The notes beneath the pieces are model-generated. The model saw only the letters and a program-made list of their open reading frames with translations. It did not search any database and was not told the DNA's origin. A program made the translations under genes and the position numbers. From the NCBI RefSeq assembly GCF_009914755.1, contig NC_060947.1: a stretch of 64,000 bases of DNA; one strand, 5' to 3'. Positions within the stretch are counted from its first letter, which is position 1. Every line of letters begins with the position of its first letter. Below, piece after piece: positions 11,261 through 28,843 of this stretch. Origin of the DNA: the human T2T-CHM13v2.0 reference genome, Homo sapiens.

Positions 11261-14200
11261 AGAGTCCATTCCATTAATAGGGTATTTAAACTAGATTATC
11301 TTGAGTGTAATTTGGCAAACTTAAAGCAAGGGATAGGTGTTTTGATGGGAGTGAAGGAGGAAGTCCTTGACACATTTTCTAGGAGCATCCAGCTGAGCTG
11401 CATCTAGCTGGGGTAGATTCTCCCAACACACAATGTAAAAAATGTATATCCTCAAAAAGATTCTTATCAAGTAAGTAACTTCCTCTTGGTAAGAAGCATT
11501 TTGATTGATTTGGTTTTCCATGTCTTAGAGGGCTGCATATTCTCTTAATATCTCCAGGATGAAAAATAAATTAAAAATTTCCAAGAGGGGAAGGTTGGTA
11601 GTGTTAGCAATCTAAAATATAATAGAATAAACTGTTAGTTATCAAAAACCCAGTACACACTAACACTGTGCCAGCTGCCCTACACAAATAACTTACATTG
11701 TAAAAGTCAGACTTCACAAGGTATACACTAGCCAAAGAACAAAATGACTTCTTCAAGCCCACTTCACAAAGAACTTGAGGCTCACAGAATTTTCGAGTTC
11801 AAGTGACAAGGCTGAGATGAGACCTCCTGGTCTGAATTCCTCTACAGCCCACATTGTTCCAGTCCTCTCAGCCTGAGGCAGATCTTAGGTCTATTAATTC
11901 ATTTCGCTTCTCGCTACTCCACAATGTCTCTCAGACAAAGAAAAGAAAGACCCTGTGGCCAAAGCACTAAAAGCAGGCTCTAAAAAGGAAGGTGGAATGA
12001 GAATGAGACACAATCTGGGACTGTCTGTGGGGTTCATTGGCCTGGAGTCCTCCCACCTTTAGCCTGGATTCTTCCGGAGCTGACTCTGCCCTGGTCCCTT
12101 CAAATGGGTTCAGTCCAGCACTTTCCCACATTACCGTGCCCTTCCCCTGGGTCTTCCCACTGTGCCCTCCTGCCCAAACTGGAACTGACCTGCTGGCCAG
12201 CTTTACTGTGTCCTTCTCTGGAGCCTGCATTTGCTCCCAGAGGAATAGACAGCCCAGACTTGCCTGCCTTCTCCTGGACATAGAAGCTTCCAACTGCCTA
12301 GAAGCCCCACCCCTCACCTTGGATTCCCTCTGACAGCAACAGCCCATTCTGTGTAATTGTTCACTTCAAATAGTGAAGCTTAGATACCTCTTCATCTCTG
12401 GGTGCCTCCACCACACTCAAAGTGTTTTCAAATCTGCTGGTGAGGAGAGTCTGGTTTGGGATAGAATCAACTGATATTTTATCCTGAAGCAGAGATATAA
12501 TCCTGAAGTAGAGAAGAGGTTTTAGAAAGCAGGTGAGATTAGAAAAAGAAGAGGTTTTAAACTGGTGACTTTTTGAATGTTGCCACCGAATCTATACACT
12601 GATGAATGAGCTCAACTAAGCGCCAAAACTCAGAGCTTCCCTCCTAGGTGTTAAATGAGGAAAGACCAAGGAAATAACTGTGTAGCAACCATCTGAAGAG
12701 AGTGAATTCTTACAAATTCTGTAGTCTTTCCAGAAAGTTGTAGTAGTTCTATGGTAGCTGTAACACATTACCACAAATGTAGTAGTTTACAACAGCACAC
12801 ATTTATTACCTTTGTAGGGTTTATTGTCTACATTTCTGTACGTGTGAAGGATGGAATGGTTCTGCTAGATTCTGTACTCAGATTTTCACAAGGCTCAAAT
12901 CAAGCTTTCAGCTGGCAGTCTTCTTATGAGACTCTGAGAAGATTCTCCTTCTGAACTCATTCAGGTTGTTGACAGAATCCAGTTATTTGTGGTAATAAGA
13001 TTGAGGTCCTATTTCCTAGCTGACCATCAGCTGGAGTTGGCAGGCGTCTCTCCAGTCCTTGAATGTGGGCTCATACATTTTGAGTCAACACTTGTAGGTT
13101 GAATTCTTCTCACACTTGTAATCTCTCTAACTTCCCGTCTGCTGCATCTCTCTTCTGCCTCCAACTAGAGAAAGTTCTCTGCCTGTAAATTCTCGTGTCA
13201 TGATATCGGACTTTCCTGAATAACCTAGTGTAATATTTTTATTTTAAGTTCAGTTACATAACCTTAATGCTTCTGCAAAGTGCCTTTGGTCATATAACAA
13301 AGCATATTCATTTTTCAAGGATAATTGTATAAGCATCTTTTTGGAGCAATTAATTATTCAGCCTACTATTGATGTAGACAATGTGTCTTTGGCAGTGCTT
13401 TGATAAGAAAAGAATAAAATAATTCACCATAATTCTCCTGACTTTTGTTTCTATCTGCCCCAAGGGAAAATCCTACTTTTCAGTGTGTGTAAAGACACAC
13501 TGCACACGTGTTTAGGTGTGTTAATCAGGTGGTAGTAGAGACTCCCAAGGTATTATTTAGACCATGCACTAAAAGGAAGAATAACATCCTCCATATTTTG
13601 AGATTATTGCAAAGGTCAGTAGAGAAAGGTACTATTTTGTGATGAGAGACAAAAGATCATCCTTGCTGAGATTTTCATGGCTCTTTAGAAAATTGGTGTG
13701 ATCCTATATTTGAAAACAACTGTCACATGATACACACTAGAAAAATTTCCCAAATTGCAAGGCAATTTTGGCCTTCTCAGAAACTTTTCCAAGAATAGAG
13801 ATTGTTGTCAAAACAAAGTTTCATATTTGCTTTTTATTGAGCACCTAATAGGTAATAGATTGTGGGAGAGACAAGTTTCCATCCACTTGTTTTGCTGTCC
13901 TTCCTGGGCATATGGGGAGACTATATTCCCCAGTCCATTTGTTGTTAGAAAGGGCCACTGAAATATAAACAGAAGCTATGCTTGTCATTTTCAGGCCAAG
14001 GCATTTGAGAGTCAGTATGTCAGTTCTATGCTTTCTGGTCTATTCAGCAGCAAATATGGAGCTCTCATGATGAGATGTGGTGCCACATGATGGAAGTAGC
14101 CTGGATCCCTGGGTCCTCTGACAGTGAAGACCCCCTGTTAACTCACATCAGATTTTATGTGCGTGAAAAATAAACTTGTTGTGCTAAGACTTTAGGATTT

Positions 14201-16179
14201 CAGGCTTCTTCCATTACATCCATTAGCAGTGACTATCAGAATATTGCACAGTTACTATTTCTGTTGTTAGTTTTACTCAAATATATTAATTACTCAAATA
14301 TTCTTGATGCTTAAGAAAATTCTAACACTATGGATAAATCACAATTCTGCTCCCTTACTCTGTTCCTCCAAAATTTATTCCCTACCAGAAGTAACCACCA
14401 TTAAAAACCTTGAGTCTTTTATTTTTATGTATATTCTAGGCTTTTTTCTTATATACATGTGGTAGGAAAATATATTGTGAACTTTTAACATATATATATA
14501 TATACTGATGTACATTTTGTTGTACCTGTTGCATTTGTCACTAAATAAAATGGATGCAGGAACTTTCCATGAGAGCACATATAGATCCACCTCACTGTTT
14601 AAACTACTACCAAGAATTTCAAGGGACATATGTATCATAATTAATTAAACAATTCTTCTACTGATGGATGTATAAAGTGTTTTCCATTTATTGCTATGAC
14701 TAATAAGATTGAAATAAACATTACTGAACATGACTTCTTGGGTAAATGTAGATGTTTTATTACAGGAAAGATGTAGAAAAGTATAAATTCAGTTAAAATG
14801 GTAAGAATGTGGTGATTGTCAATTTTTTGAATATTACTGAACTTTCATTCCAAAAATGTTGTATACTCTCACTGGTGTTTTCTTTGATAAATTTTAAATT
14901 TGGGAGAAATGTTTAGCCAAGTTGTATTGTTTCACTGCTATTTCTATTTTAATTTCCATTTTCTAAGTAGGTTGAACAGAAAATGAACTTAATCCCTCAT
15001 CCATACGAAGTGAGACATCGGTAGTGATGTCTTGAGCACTAACATTTCTCTGGGCATTTGCTTTAAAATTCTCATATGTCAAGAAAACATTTCTCTTCAC
15101 TTTGAGAAGAAAGAACTTGGTCAGTATGACCAGGGTCCAGAAAAATGTGCCCTGACAAAAAAACCTCAGTTAGTGAAGAACATCAAGAGAACCGGGGACT
15201 AGAACAATTTCCAGAACCCATGAGAGAGATCACAAGCTAAACCAAGTCCAGAGAACTCAGGGTAGGGAGTGGTCAGGGATCTGCATCCAGAGTTCAGCAT
15301 GGGATAGTAATGGGACCAGAAGGAGTGAAGGTGAGGAAACCGGTGGTGTCTCGGACAACTTTTATGAATAGGCTTGGCAATCTGAATCATTACCCGCATG
15401 AAATTGTAGGGTGATCTGAGTACGCAGATCTATTGGATGAAAGGCCCAAAGGCATGCTCTATTAGACTTTCCCCTTCCCACTTCTCAGGCAGGGTATGAC
15501 TTACTCCCCTGCATCACCCAGTGACGATATTAATTGATTCTGGGAAAGCTCTCTTCACTACTCTGGTGGTTCAGTGCACCCTTTCCAGTGAGAATAAGAA
15601 AGATTGTATCTTGTAAGGGAAGATACAATCTTTCTTTTCAGTCATCAAGACAGCTCTCAACCCTGCTACAAGTGGGTGGGAAGCTGTACAAGTGGGTGGG
15701 ATTGGCGATTAGACAGTTAAAACAGGGCAAGTACTACCAATAAGTAGTGGCACAGAGTGTGTCACTGCAAGGAAAAAGAAACTGGAGGGGGAGTTCTCTG
15801 AGACTAACTACCTCACTGACTCTATAAGTAAAAGGTTGAATGTGGACATGTCTTGAAAAAGGATCCACATGTTATCCCTAGCTCAGATTGCCTCTCACTT
15901 TTCCTGCCTTCTTTTTACACCAGAATAAATATATCCTTCAGCTGTGTTTGGTGGCCTTTTCCCACCAGATACCAAGTGGTGTAGGGGGCTGATTTGCTAT
16001 GCAAACATTTCGAGGGTGAATGGAGAAGCAGTGTAAATGGTGTTAAATTGACTGGGGGTGACAGGTATATGTGAGACACAAAGAGATCTCTTTATTATTG
16101 TAATTACCCCAACCTGAACAAATTGAAAACAAACAAACAAAAAATAGTTTCTGTACTAGCCACTCTCAAAATGTCATCA

Positions 16180-18760
<2,581 letters not shown>

Positions 18761-18974
18761 AGTTAATTCCACATGTTCTTAGGGAACAAGCAGATCAGGG
18801 AATAGGAGCATTATGGGATTCCTAGAGCAGTGACTTCAAGGAAAACTGCTGAGGTGGCCTTCAATAAAGTCACGGAGGTGTCTCCCAGTTGAAGTGACCC
18901 AACCATCTCATCCTCTTTCCTCTAGGTCACAGAGCTCACGTGTCTAACTGTCTACTACCCTGTCTTAAGTCATC

Positions 18975-20016
18975 ATGCCTCGGGGTCAAAGAGTAAGCTT
19001 CGTGCCCGTGAGAAACGCCGTCAGGCTCGAGAAGAGCCAGAGCCTCTGATGGGTGCTCAAGCCACTGCAAGAGTGGGAAGAGAATGTTCCTCCTCTTCCT
19101 CTGCTCATTTCAGGAGTACCATCCAGAGCTCAATTGCTGCCAAGACAACCAGCAATCCCCACGGGCCTCAGAGAGCCACATGCACCACCACTACTGCCGC
19201 AGCTGTTTCGTATGTAAGATCTAATGAAAGCACCAACAACCAAACGGAGGAAAGACCAAGATCCTCACAGGCCCTGGCTGCCAATGAGCACATGACCAGA
19301 AGCCCTCTAGATGAGAAGGTGTTTATTTTGGTGCATTACCTTCTGTACAAGTATCAAATGAAAGAGCTTATTATAAAGGCAGCTATGCTGAAAGATATAG
19401 TCCAAATTCCCAGGAGATACTTCAGTGAGATCTGGGGAAAGTTTCATATCACCTGGAGATGGTCTTTGGACTTGACCTGAAGGAAATGGATCCAGATAGG
19501 CACATCTATTTCCTTATCAACACACTGGTACCAACCTATGATGCAAAGTTGAGTGATGACAGACGTGTGCCCAGGACTGGCCTGCTGATGACTATCCTGG
19601 GTGTGATCTTCACAAATGGTAATTGTGCCACTGAGGAACAAATCTGGCAGGTATTGAATGTGATGGGGTTATATGAGGGGAGGAGGCACTTCATTTTTGG
19701 GGAACCCAAGAAGATCATCACCCAAGATTTTGTGAGAGAAAATTACCTGCAGTATCAGCAAGTGCCCGACAGTGATCCTCCGCGCCATCAATTTCTATGG
19801 GGTCCACGAGCTCATGTAGAAACCACCAAGATGAAAGTCCTAGAGTTTTTAGCGAAGATCCACAATACTGTCCCCAGTGCCTTCCCAACCTGGTATAAAG
19901 AGGCTTTGAGAGATGAGGAAGAAAGAGCTCAAGTCAGACTTGCAGCAAGGGCTCACATTAGGGCTGTGGCCAATGCACGTTCCAAGGCCATATTTAGCAG
20001 ATTCTCCCACCCCTAG
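18975..20016 (+). pseudogene. MAGE-B pseudogene, close paralog of MAGEB10
   Basis: ATGCCTCGGGGTCAA at 18975; 1 bp deletions near 18990 and near 19432 split it into ORFs 19049-19480 and 19459-20016, both MAGE-like. Confidence 0.92.
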
Positions 20017-20693
20017 TAGAACTCAAGACATTTTTCGCCTTGTGGTTGAAAGGAAAAGTCCACATTCTAAGCTGTGGAAGGTCAGGGTGGGACTGGAGGC
20101 AACACAGTGTATAACATGTTTGTTTTCTTGTTCTGTAATAAGTTCCTGGATAGTTTTTTCAAAATATTGTTCCTTTTATCAGAAGGTTTGAGTAACTTTA
20201 GAAACTAAGTTTATGAATGACATTACTTAAACATTGCTGTGAATGTAAGAGTAAGAGTTTTATTATTTTGTGAAACAAATAAGGAACATTCCATTTTAGT
20301 TGTTTGAAACAAGATATGGCAGTAAATTTGGTATTTTTTTTTCGGAAATGTGAAAGGACGCAGAATTGTAATAGTTGGGATCAAAAGTGGGGAAAAAATA
20401 AAAGACTGTAAATTCTTGGTTTCATTTATCACCTTTAGTCTTTTTTTTTTGGTAAAATCCATTTGTATATACATACCTGGATATACTTAGTTTATTCAAC
20501 AATGTAGGAGAAATTAAATCATAATAAATCAGACCTCCTTCTCAGGGGTTTATTTTTTTCCCCAAATAATAATTGAGCATCTGCTCTGGATGGCTTGTGT
20601 TAGTACTTGCAGTGCTAAGATAAACAAGAATCATCTATACCCATAGAAATGAACAGCCTTGGAGTAGCTAACATGAAAGGAAGATGGTGAACG

Positions 20694-21028
20694 GCTTAGT
20701 TCAGATTGCTATCACAAATTATAGATTGGGTGGCTTAAAGATCCAACATTTATTACTCATAGTTCTGGTAGTTGGAAGTCTGAGATCGAGTTTCCAGGTC
20801 AGGTTCTCAGTAAAGGCTCTCTCAATGCTTAACAATCTTCTCCTTGTATCCTCACATGGTAGAGAAAGCTGTGGTCTCTTCATCCCTTTATAAGAGCACT
20901 CATTCATGAAGGCTCTACCCTCATAACCTAATTACCTCCCCAAGGCCCCACCTCCAAATACCATCACATTGGGGATTCAGGGTTCAACATGTGAATTTTT
21001 GGGGGACACAATCATTCCATCCATAGCA
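20694..21028. mobile_element. MLT1A/B-type LTR
   Basis: cttagttcagattgctatcacaaatta...tgaatttttgggggacacaatcattccatccatagca. Confidence 0.85.
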
Positions 21029-23570
21029 GTGAGACAATCTAACCAAAAGGACAAGTCAAAAGAAGGTGTGAGGACTTTGGGGTTTCAGATGAGCAGCTGA
21101 GTGTAAATGCCCTGTGGCAAAGGGTTGGGGTTGGGAAACTGCAAGTCCTTCAATGTGACATAATCTTAAATTAAGCTGAGTTGTGGGTCAGATGAGCCTC
21201 TGAGAGCGGTGGGCAGAGGCCAGCACCTCAGATGGTGTGTCTCAGACTTGAGAAGGCTGGAATGGAAAATTGCTTTTAGTAGTCACCTTTAGGTCACAAA
21301 TAAACCAGAGAGAAATCTCCACCTAGTGCACAAATGGAAGACGTCCTGTGCTCTTATCTCAGTGTGGGTGAACGCAATGCACAAAAAGATGATTTAACAA
21401 GGTGCACGAAAATGTGATTTACACCTATTACCACAAGGGAGGGTCTCAGGAATAATGGTGATACTCATATAAGAAGCTCAGAAGCCACTGTGCTGGCAAT
21501 CTGCAGTGATTTGGGAGAGGCACAGCCCATCCATTAAATGGGCATTTCAACTAGGTTATCTAGTATATAATTTGGCAAACTATAAACTAAAACTGGATTT
21601 TTATGGGGTGAAATAATTGCAAATACATGTGGTTTGGAGCGAAGGGCAGTTGGAAGGGAGGGACTGAGGTAGACCTTGACACAATTTCTAGGAGCTCTGA
21701 GTTGCATGAAACTGGATAAGACTCCCCCATACCAACAACAAATAACATAACCTCAAAAAAGTTGTATAGCGTGTAACTTAGTTTAACCTGCTAAGCAACA
21801 TTTTGGCTGATTTGTTGTGCTATATGCTAGTGGGCTGCAAATTATCTGACAATTCCTGGATAAAACAAAGCAAACAAAAAGAGGGAAAATTGGTAGGTTT
21901 TGGGGTCAATATAAACATAATAATAACCGTAATTTATTAAAATCCAATATAAGGTAGTGTGCCAGATGCCTTGCATAAGTTAGATACATTCCAACATTCG
22001 TACTTTACAGTACGGTATACTGAGAAGCCAAATACATGAGCCAGGGAGCAAGAGGACTGTTTATCAAACCAACTTCACAGATGAAGAATTTGAGGCTCAT
22101 AGAACTGCAGTTTTCCCGAGTTTCCCTGACTTGCAAGTGATAATACTGGGACCAGACCCCTATTCTGAATTCGTCTAGAGTCCACATTGTTCCCTCTCCT
22201 TGACTAAGCTGACTTGTGTCTCTGAATTCATTTCTCTTCTCACTACCACACTATGTCTCTGGGCAATGAAAAGAAGGAACCTGGGGCCAATGTACTAAAT
22301 CCAGATGTAATAAATAATGGAGAAAATGAGAATTGAACACCATTTGGAGACTGCCTGTGGGCCTCATTTCATAGGGCCCATCCACCCCTAGCTCCAGGGT
22401 TCTTTGGGAGCTGATTTTGCCCAGGTGCTGGCAGATGGGACCAGATCCAGCACTTCCCAAATTACACTGTTCTTTCCTTGAGTCAGCCCCTGTGAGTCCT
22501 TGTGCCCAAATCTGGATCCTTACCTGCTGTCCAGCTCTTCCCTGCTTCCTTCCACGAAGGCTGCACCCTGCTCGCTATGGGAAAGAAAGCCCAGAATAAC
22601 TTTCCTTCCTTTCTCCTGACTTAGAGCTTTCCAACTCCCTGCAGATGTCCTCTGTTTGCCACATCACTCAGCTTGCAACTTCTGATAACAACAGCCCCTT
22701 CCATGTAATTGTTTACTTAAGCAGTGAACGTTACGTACCTGCTTATCTGTTCTGGGTGCTTCCACTCCAACCAAATTTTTTTCCAAATTTGCTTGTGAGT
22801 TGAGTCAGATTTGAAACAAAATCTGCTGGTTCTTGGCATATAACTCTGAAGCTAAAGATTTTAGACAGAAAATTGGATGACAAAGACAGGAGAGTTTAAT
22901 CTGGTGACCTATTTGAGACTAGGCACTGATGAATGAGCTTAACCAAGTGGCCAAAAACCAAAACCTCCCATATAAGTGGTAAATGAGGAAGGATCAAGGA
23001 AGTCACTGTCTAGCAACCATCTAAAAAGACTGGACTGTAATGAACCCTGTAGTCCTTCCAGGAAGTTGTGGTAGATTTCTCTCAATGCAGTAACAAATTA
23101 CTGCAAATTTAGCATTTTACAACAACACACCTTTATTATGTCACATCTCTGGGTGAGAAATCTAGGTTGGCTCTGCTGATTTCTCTGCTCTGGGTTTCAC
23201 AAGGCCCATACCGAACTCTCAGAGCCTGTACTCTTATTGCAAGGTTCTGGGATGAATCCCCTTTATAACTCATTCAGGTTGTTGGCAGATTTCAATTTCC
23301 TGCACTTGTAAGACAAAGGCCCTACTTTCTGACTGCATTCGTCTATGGCAACCATAATTTCTTGAGACCTTTCTCTATTCTTTGCATTTATCTTGTGTCA
23401 GCAATTGCAGGTTGAATCCTTATTACACTTGCAATCTTTCTAACTTCCTCCTCTGCTGTATCTCTTTTCTACTTCTATCCGGAGAACATCCTCTGTGTGT
23501 AAGAGCCCATATCATTAGATTGAGCCCTCCTTGATAATTCAACATAATGTACCTAATTTAATAGTGGTTT

Positions 23571-24115
23571 CCCAAAGGAATATAAATCATTCTATTATAA
23601 AGACACATGCACGTGTATGTTCATTGTGGCACTATTCACAATAATAAAGACATGGAATCAACTTAAATGCCCATCAATGATAGACTGGATAAAGAAAATG
23701 TGGTACATATACACCATGATATTCTATGCACCATGTATACCATAGTATTCTACGCAGCCATGAAAAAGAATGAGTTCATGTCCTTTGCAGGGACATGGGT
23801 GGAGTTGGAGGTCATTATCCTTAGCAAAGTAACACAGGAACAAAACCAAATGCCACGTGTTCTCACTTACAAGTGGGAGCTAAATGATGAGAACACATGG
23901 ACACACAGAGGAGAACAATACACACTGGGGCCTTTGGAGAGTGGAGGGTGGGAGGCGGGAGAGGATCAGGAAAAATAATTAGTGGGTACTAGACTTAATA
24001 CCTGGGTGATGAGATAATCTGTACAACAAACCCCCATGACACAAGTTTACCTATGTAACAAATCTGCACTTGTATCCCCGAACTTAAAATAAAAGTTAAA
24101 AAAATAAAATAAAAA
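23571..24115 (+). mobile_element. L1PA (older subfamily) 3' end inserted in the MLT1 LTR
   Basis: ORF2 end and 3' UTR motifs (aagacacatgcac, gaaaatgtggtacatatacaccatg, aacttaaaataaaag); TSD-like aatagtggtt/aaaagtagtt. Confidence 0.92.
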
Positions 24116-24564
24116 GTAGTTTAATAATCTTAATAAGATCTGCAAAATGCCTTTGTCACGTAGCATAACATACACATGGTTTTCAGGGATAAGTGCATAT
24201 ATATACTTTTGTAGCAATTATTCAGTCTACCAACACTGTAGAAAATGTTTCCCTAGCCTTCTAGAGTTTATGAGAAATGTAAAAATAATCTCCATGTTTC
24301 AGCTAACTCTTGTCTGCATCTGCCCCAAGGGAAAATCCTGGTTTTTCACTATGTGTAAAGACACCTGTATAAGTGTTCAGGCATATTCATCAAGTGATAG
24401 ATAGAAGACACTCCGAAATTATGATCTTGATCATGTAGTGAAAGGAAGAAAGAAATGCTCAGTATACTGAGACTATTGTAAAGGTAAGTGGAGAACGGTG
24501 CTACTGAGTAAAGAAGGGTAAACCATAGTTGTTGGTAATTCTTAAAGAGTCCTTTAGAAAGTTA

Positions 24565-25021
<457 letters not shown>

Positions 25022-27429
25022 TTATACAAATTGTGAAAGTTACACCTCGCTGATCACCCACTATGTAACTGTTTATGGAAAGTTTGCAAGTGTTGTCCTT
25101 CCTGGGAGGAGGAGACTACATTCCCAGTTCACTTATAGTCAGGAAGAGTTATTTGACTACCCTTGCAACTGACATATAAAAAGAAACAGTGCTGCTACAT
25201 TGTAGTGCATTGGCGAAACTACAATAAAAACAGCCTGGATCCCTGGGTTGCCTAACAGTGGAATCCCTCTGTTAACCCACATCAGATTTTAAGTGCATGA
25301 GACAAAAGCTTTTCTTGTGCTAAGGCTTTCAGATTTTAGGCTTCTTCCATTAAATCCTCTTGCAGTTATCGTATATGAACAATACACAGGTACTATTTCT
25401 GTCTTATTGAAACATTTTAATTACAAAAATAATAGTGCATACATTCATGATACAAAAAAAAATCTGACAATATGGCTAAATCACAACCCCTTTCCTTACT
25501 GCATTCCTCCAAAATTCAGTTCCCCTCAGAAATAACCACAATTCAAATTCTTGTACATATTATTTTAAAATATATTTTAGGCTTTTCCTTAAATCGATAT
25601 ACTAGACAAAATACATTGTATGTTTTTAATGTACCTGGACAAAGATGTACATATTCTTTTGCCTCTTGCACTTGTCACTTAATGAAATAAATGCTGAATC
25701 ATTCTGTGAGAGCACCTATAGATATGTCTCATTCTTTTAACTACTTCCTACAATTCTAAAATGTGTATGTGTCATAATTGATTTAAAAATTCTCCTCCTG
25801 ATGGACATGTAAGTTGTTTTCCATTTTTTGCTATGACTAATAAAATTGATATCAACATCACTGAACATAAATTATTGGGCAAATGTGGGTGTTTTCTTGT
25901 AGGAAAGACATGGAAAACTGAGAATTGAATTAAAGTGGAAATAGTGTGATGATTGTAAGCTTTTATGAATATTGCTGAAATTCCATTCTGATAATGCTAT
26001 ACCAATTTATATTCTCGTGTATTAATGTATGTGAATATCTTATACTCTCACAGGAATTTGACTTGATCAATTTTAAATTTATTCATTCTTTTGGGTGAAA
26101 ATACATTCTTACTGTTATTTTGTATTTCCATGTTTTCTAATTATGGTAATCCAAAATTAATTCAACCCCCTATCTTTACAAAGCAGGGTTTCTGCAGTGA
26201 TGTCTTCTGTACTAGGATACCTCTGGGCAAGCTTTAAAATTCTGAAATGTCAATGAAAATTTCTTTTTACTTTGAGAAGCACGGCTTTGGTCAGAATGAC
26301 TAAGTCCCAGGAAATGTCCAGAGAGGGCACTTTCAGTTAGTGAGAAACATCAGGAGGGAGACAGAATAATTTCCAGAGTCCATGAGAAAGACCACATGCT
26401 AAACCAAGCTCAGGGAGCCTAGGGCAGACTGACAGTCAAGGATCTGTATGCAGAGTTCCGCATTTCGTTGAGAATGAATCAGAAAATGAAAAGGTGTGGA
26501 ATCTTGGAGGGTCCTGAACAACTCACGTGAGCAGCTTGACAAATTTCTGAATCATTTTTACCCATCTGAAGTTGTAGAGTGATCTGAGTGGGAAGATCTA
26601 TTGTAGAAAATCACCACAGGCATGCCTGATACCTTACCCTAACTTACAATCTGCCCTACTCACTGTCAGGCAAAGTATAGCTAGCTCCCCTGTGTCACTG
26701 AATAACGTTCTTGATGGAAACTGGGAGAGCTTTTCACTATTCTGGTGGGCTGTACTTCTTTGCCACTGTACTGCAGCTGTGAGCTGCCTTGATTCCTGCT
26801 GGAGAAGGGCATTTCTTCTCTTGTACACAGTACCCTTCCACCATTGAGGTTGGTGCTATGTGTATGGGAAAGACGGCAAATGATGACAGTTGAAATAGGC
26901 CAGGGAGTACCAGAATAATGGGAGAGGGTGTGTAGCTGCAAGCAGTGGAAAATTGGAGGGGGAATTCCCTGAGGCTAAGTACCTCAGTGACTCTGCAAAT
27001 AAAGGTTTCAATGTGGATATGTCTTGAGAAAAAGATCTCGATGCTCTCCCTACCTCTGACTGTCTCCCTTGGTTCTCAAGTTATTTGCTGCCACAGGGCA
27101 TATGTCCTGTGGCTCTGTTAAGTGGTCTGTGTTGCCACCAGATACTGCCTAGGGTAGGAGGCTGGCCCCAGGCATAAACATCTTGCAGGATGGGTGGAGA
27201 ATTACTGCAGATGATGCAGTTCATTGTCAAACTGACTGGGGGTGATGGTGATATGTGTGTTCACCAGAGCCCAGTTCTCCCACTCAGCCCCCTCTGCTTG
27301 AGGGCCTCCCATGGCTGACAGAGGGCAGAGTTCTGTGGAGTTGATTGAATTAAAATGTAAAAAACATCTGTACCAGGCATTCTCAACATTTTCAAAAGAT
27401 CTGTAATAAATTTTATTACCTTTTACTGA

Positions 27430-28320
27430 GAAGTGAAAGCACTGGGCCAGGGTATCAGCTTCAGGTCAGCAAAGGGAAGAATTCCAAGCCTCAGCAGAAA
27501 TAAACATGAGGACCTTGAGGAAGGTCTGAGGGAACCACTTAACACTGGAACATACTGCCCCGCCCACAGGCCCCCCCAACCCCCCCATCCCTGCACCCCT
27601 GGGGTCAGCCTCAGGAGCTCCAGGCATGATTGTTAAGTACAGGGGCCCCTTAACTAAACTAAGTACAGGGGGTTGGGAAATGACAATGATTAGAAAGACG
27701 GGGAGTTAGCCTTTGTCTAAGGCTGGCTCATTCAATTCAACAGAGAGAGCACAGTACTGTCCAGTAGTTCTTTCAAAACATGAGTACTGCAGGTACTTCC
27801 TTGTCTAGAACAGAGGAGGTCAGCTTGGAGCACCACCCCTTCCATCAGCCCTGGGAGGCACTAAGCAGGGGACACAGGAAGTAGTTTCTCTTTTCTTCCA
27901 CCTTGCCTCTGACACCTCAGGGCAGTGAAGGCTTTGATATGCGTGAGGAGGCATCGGGTCAGCAGATGGAGGAGTCCAGGCCCTGTTCTAGGCAAGATAA
28001 GTACTCTGAGTGAAGTTTGAGGGAACCACCCACCACAGATTGGAGGGACTCCCACAGAGTCCAACCCCTGATTTCAGCCCTGTTAGATCCCAGACAGGGA
28101 TCATTTGATTTAGTACCTTCTGAATTCCCTCAGTGAGGACTCTGGGAGCTGAGAGTCAGCAGATGGAGGCGTCCAGGCTCTGCCACACGTTAAGGTAAGG
28201 ATTCTGAGTAAGGTCCGAAGGAACTTCCCACATCAGAACAGCAAACTCCACAGAACTCTGCCCCTGCTGTCAGCCGTGGGAGGCCCCCAAGCAGAGGGGG
28301 CTGAGTGGGAGAACTGGGCA
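27430..28320 (+). repeat. MAGE 5' module array 3, left part (about 4 units)
   Basis: Module anchors near 27467, 27738, 27960, 28156; ends at L1 sequence. Confidence 0.8.
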
Positions 28321-28534
28321 CTGGTGAACAGTAGTTAAATGTGCCACAAGTTGCAATATTCATGCAATGCTTAAACCCTTTCTTTAAAATAAAATTAAAA
28401 TTGTTTTATATTTAGAGAAAAGTTGCAAAGATAAGACAGAGTTCTCTTACACTCAATATTCACTTTCCCCTATTGTCATTGAGGGTGGACTATCCACACA
28501 AATTATTTGGAATTCTTCTTTAGAAAAGATTTAC

Positions 28535-28843
<309 letters not shown>

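Noticed and set aside
11967-12347. 126 aa and 98 aa ORFs in the homogenised tract
   Set aside because: No recognisable domain; only partly preserved in the 43551-43802 paralog
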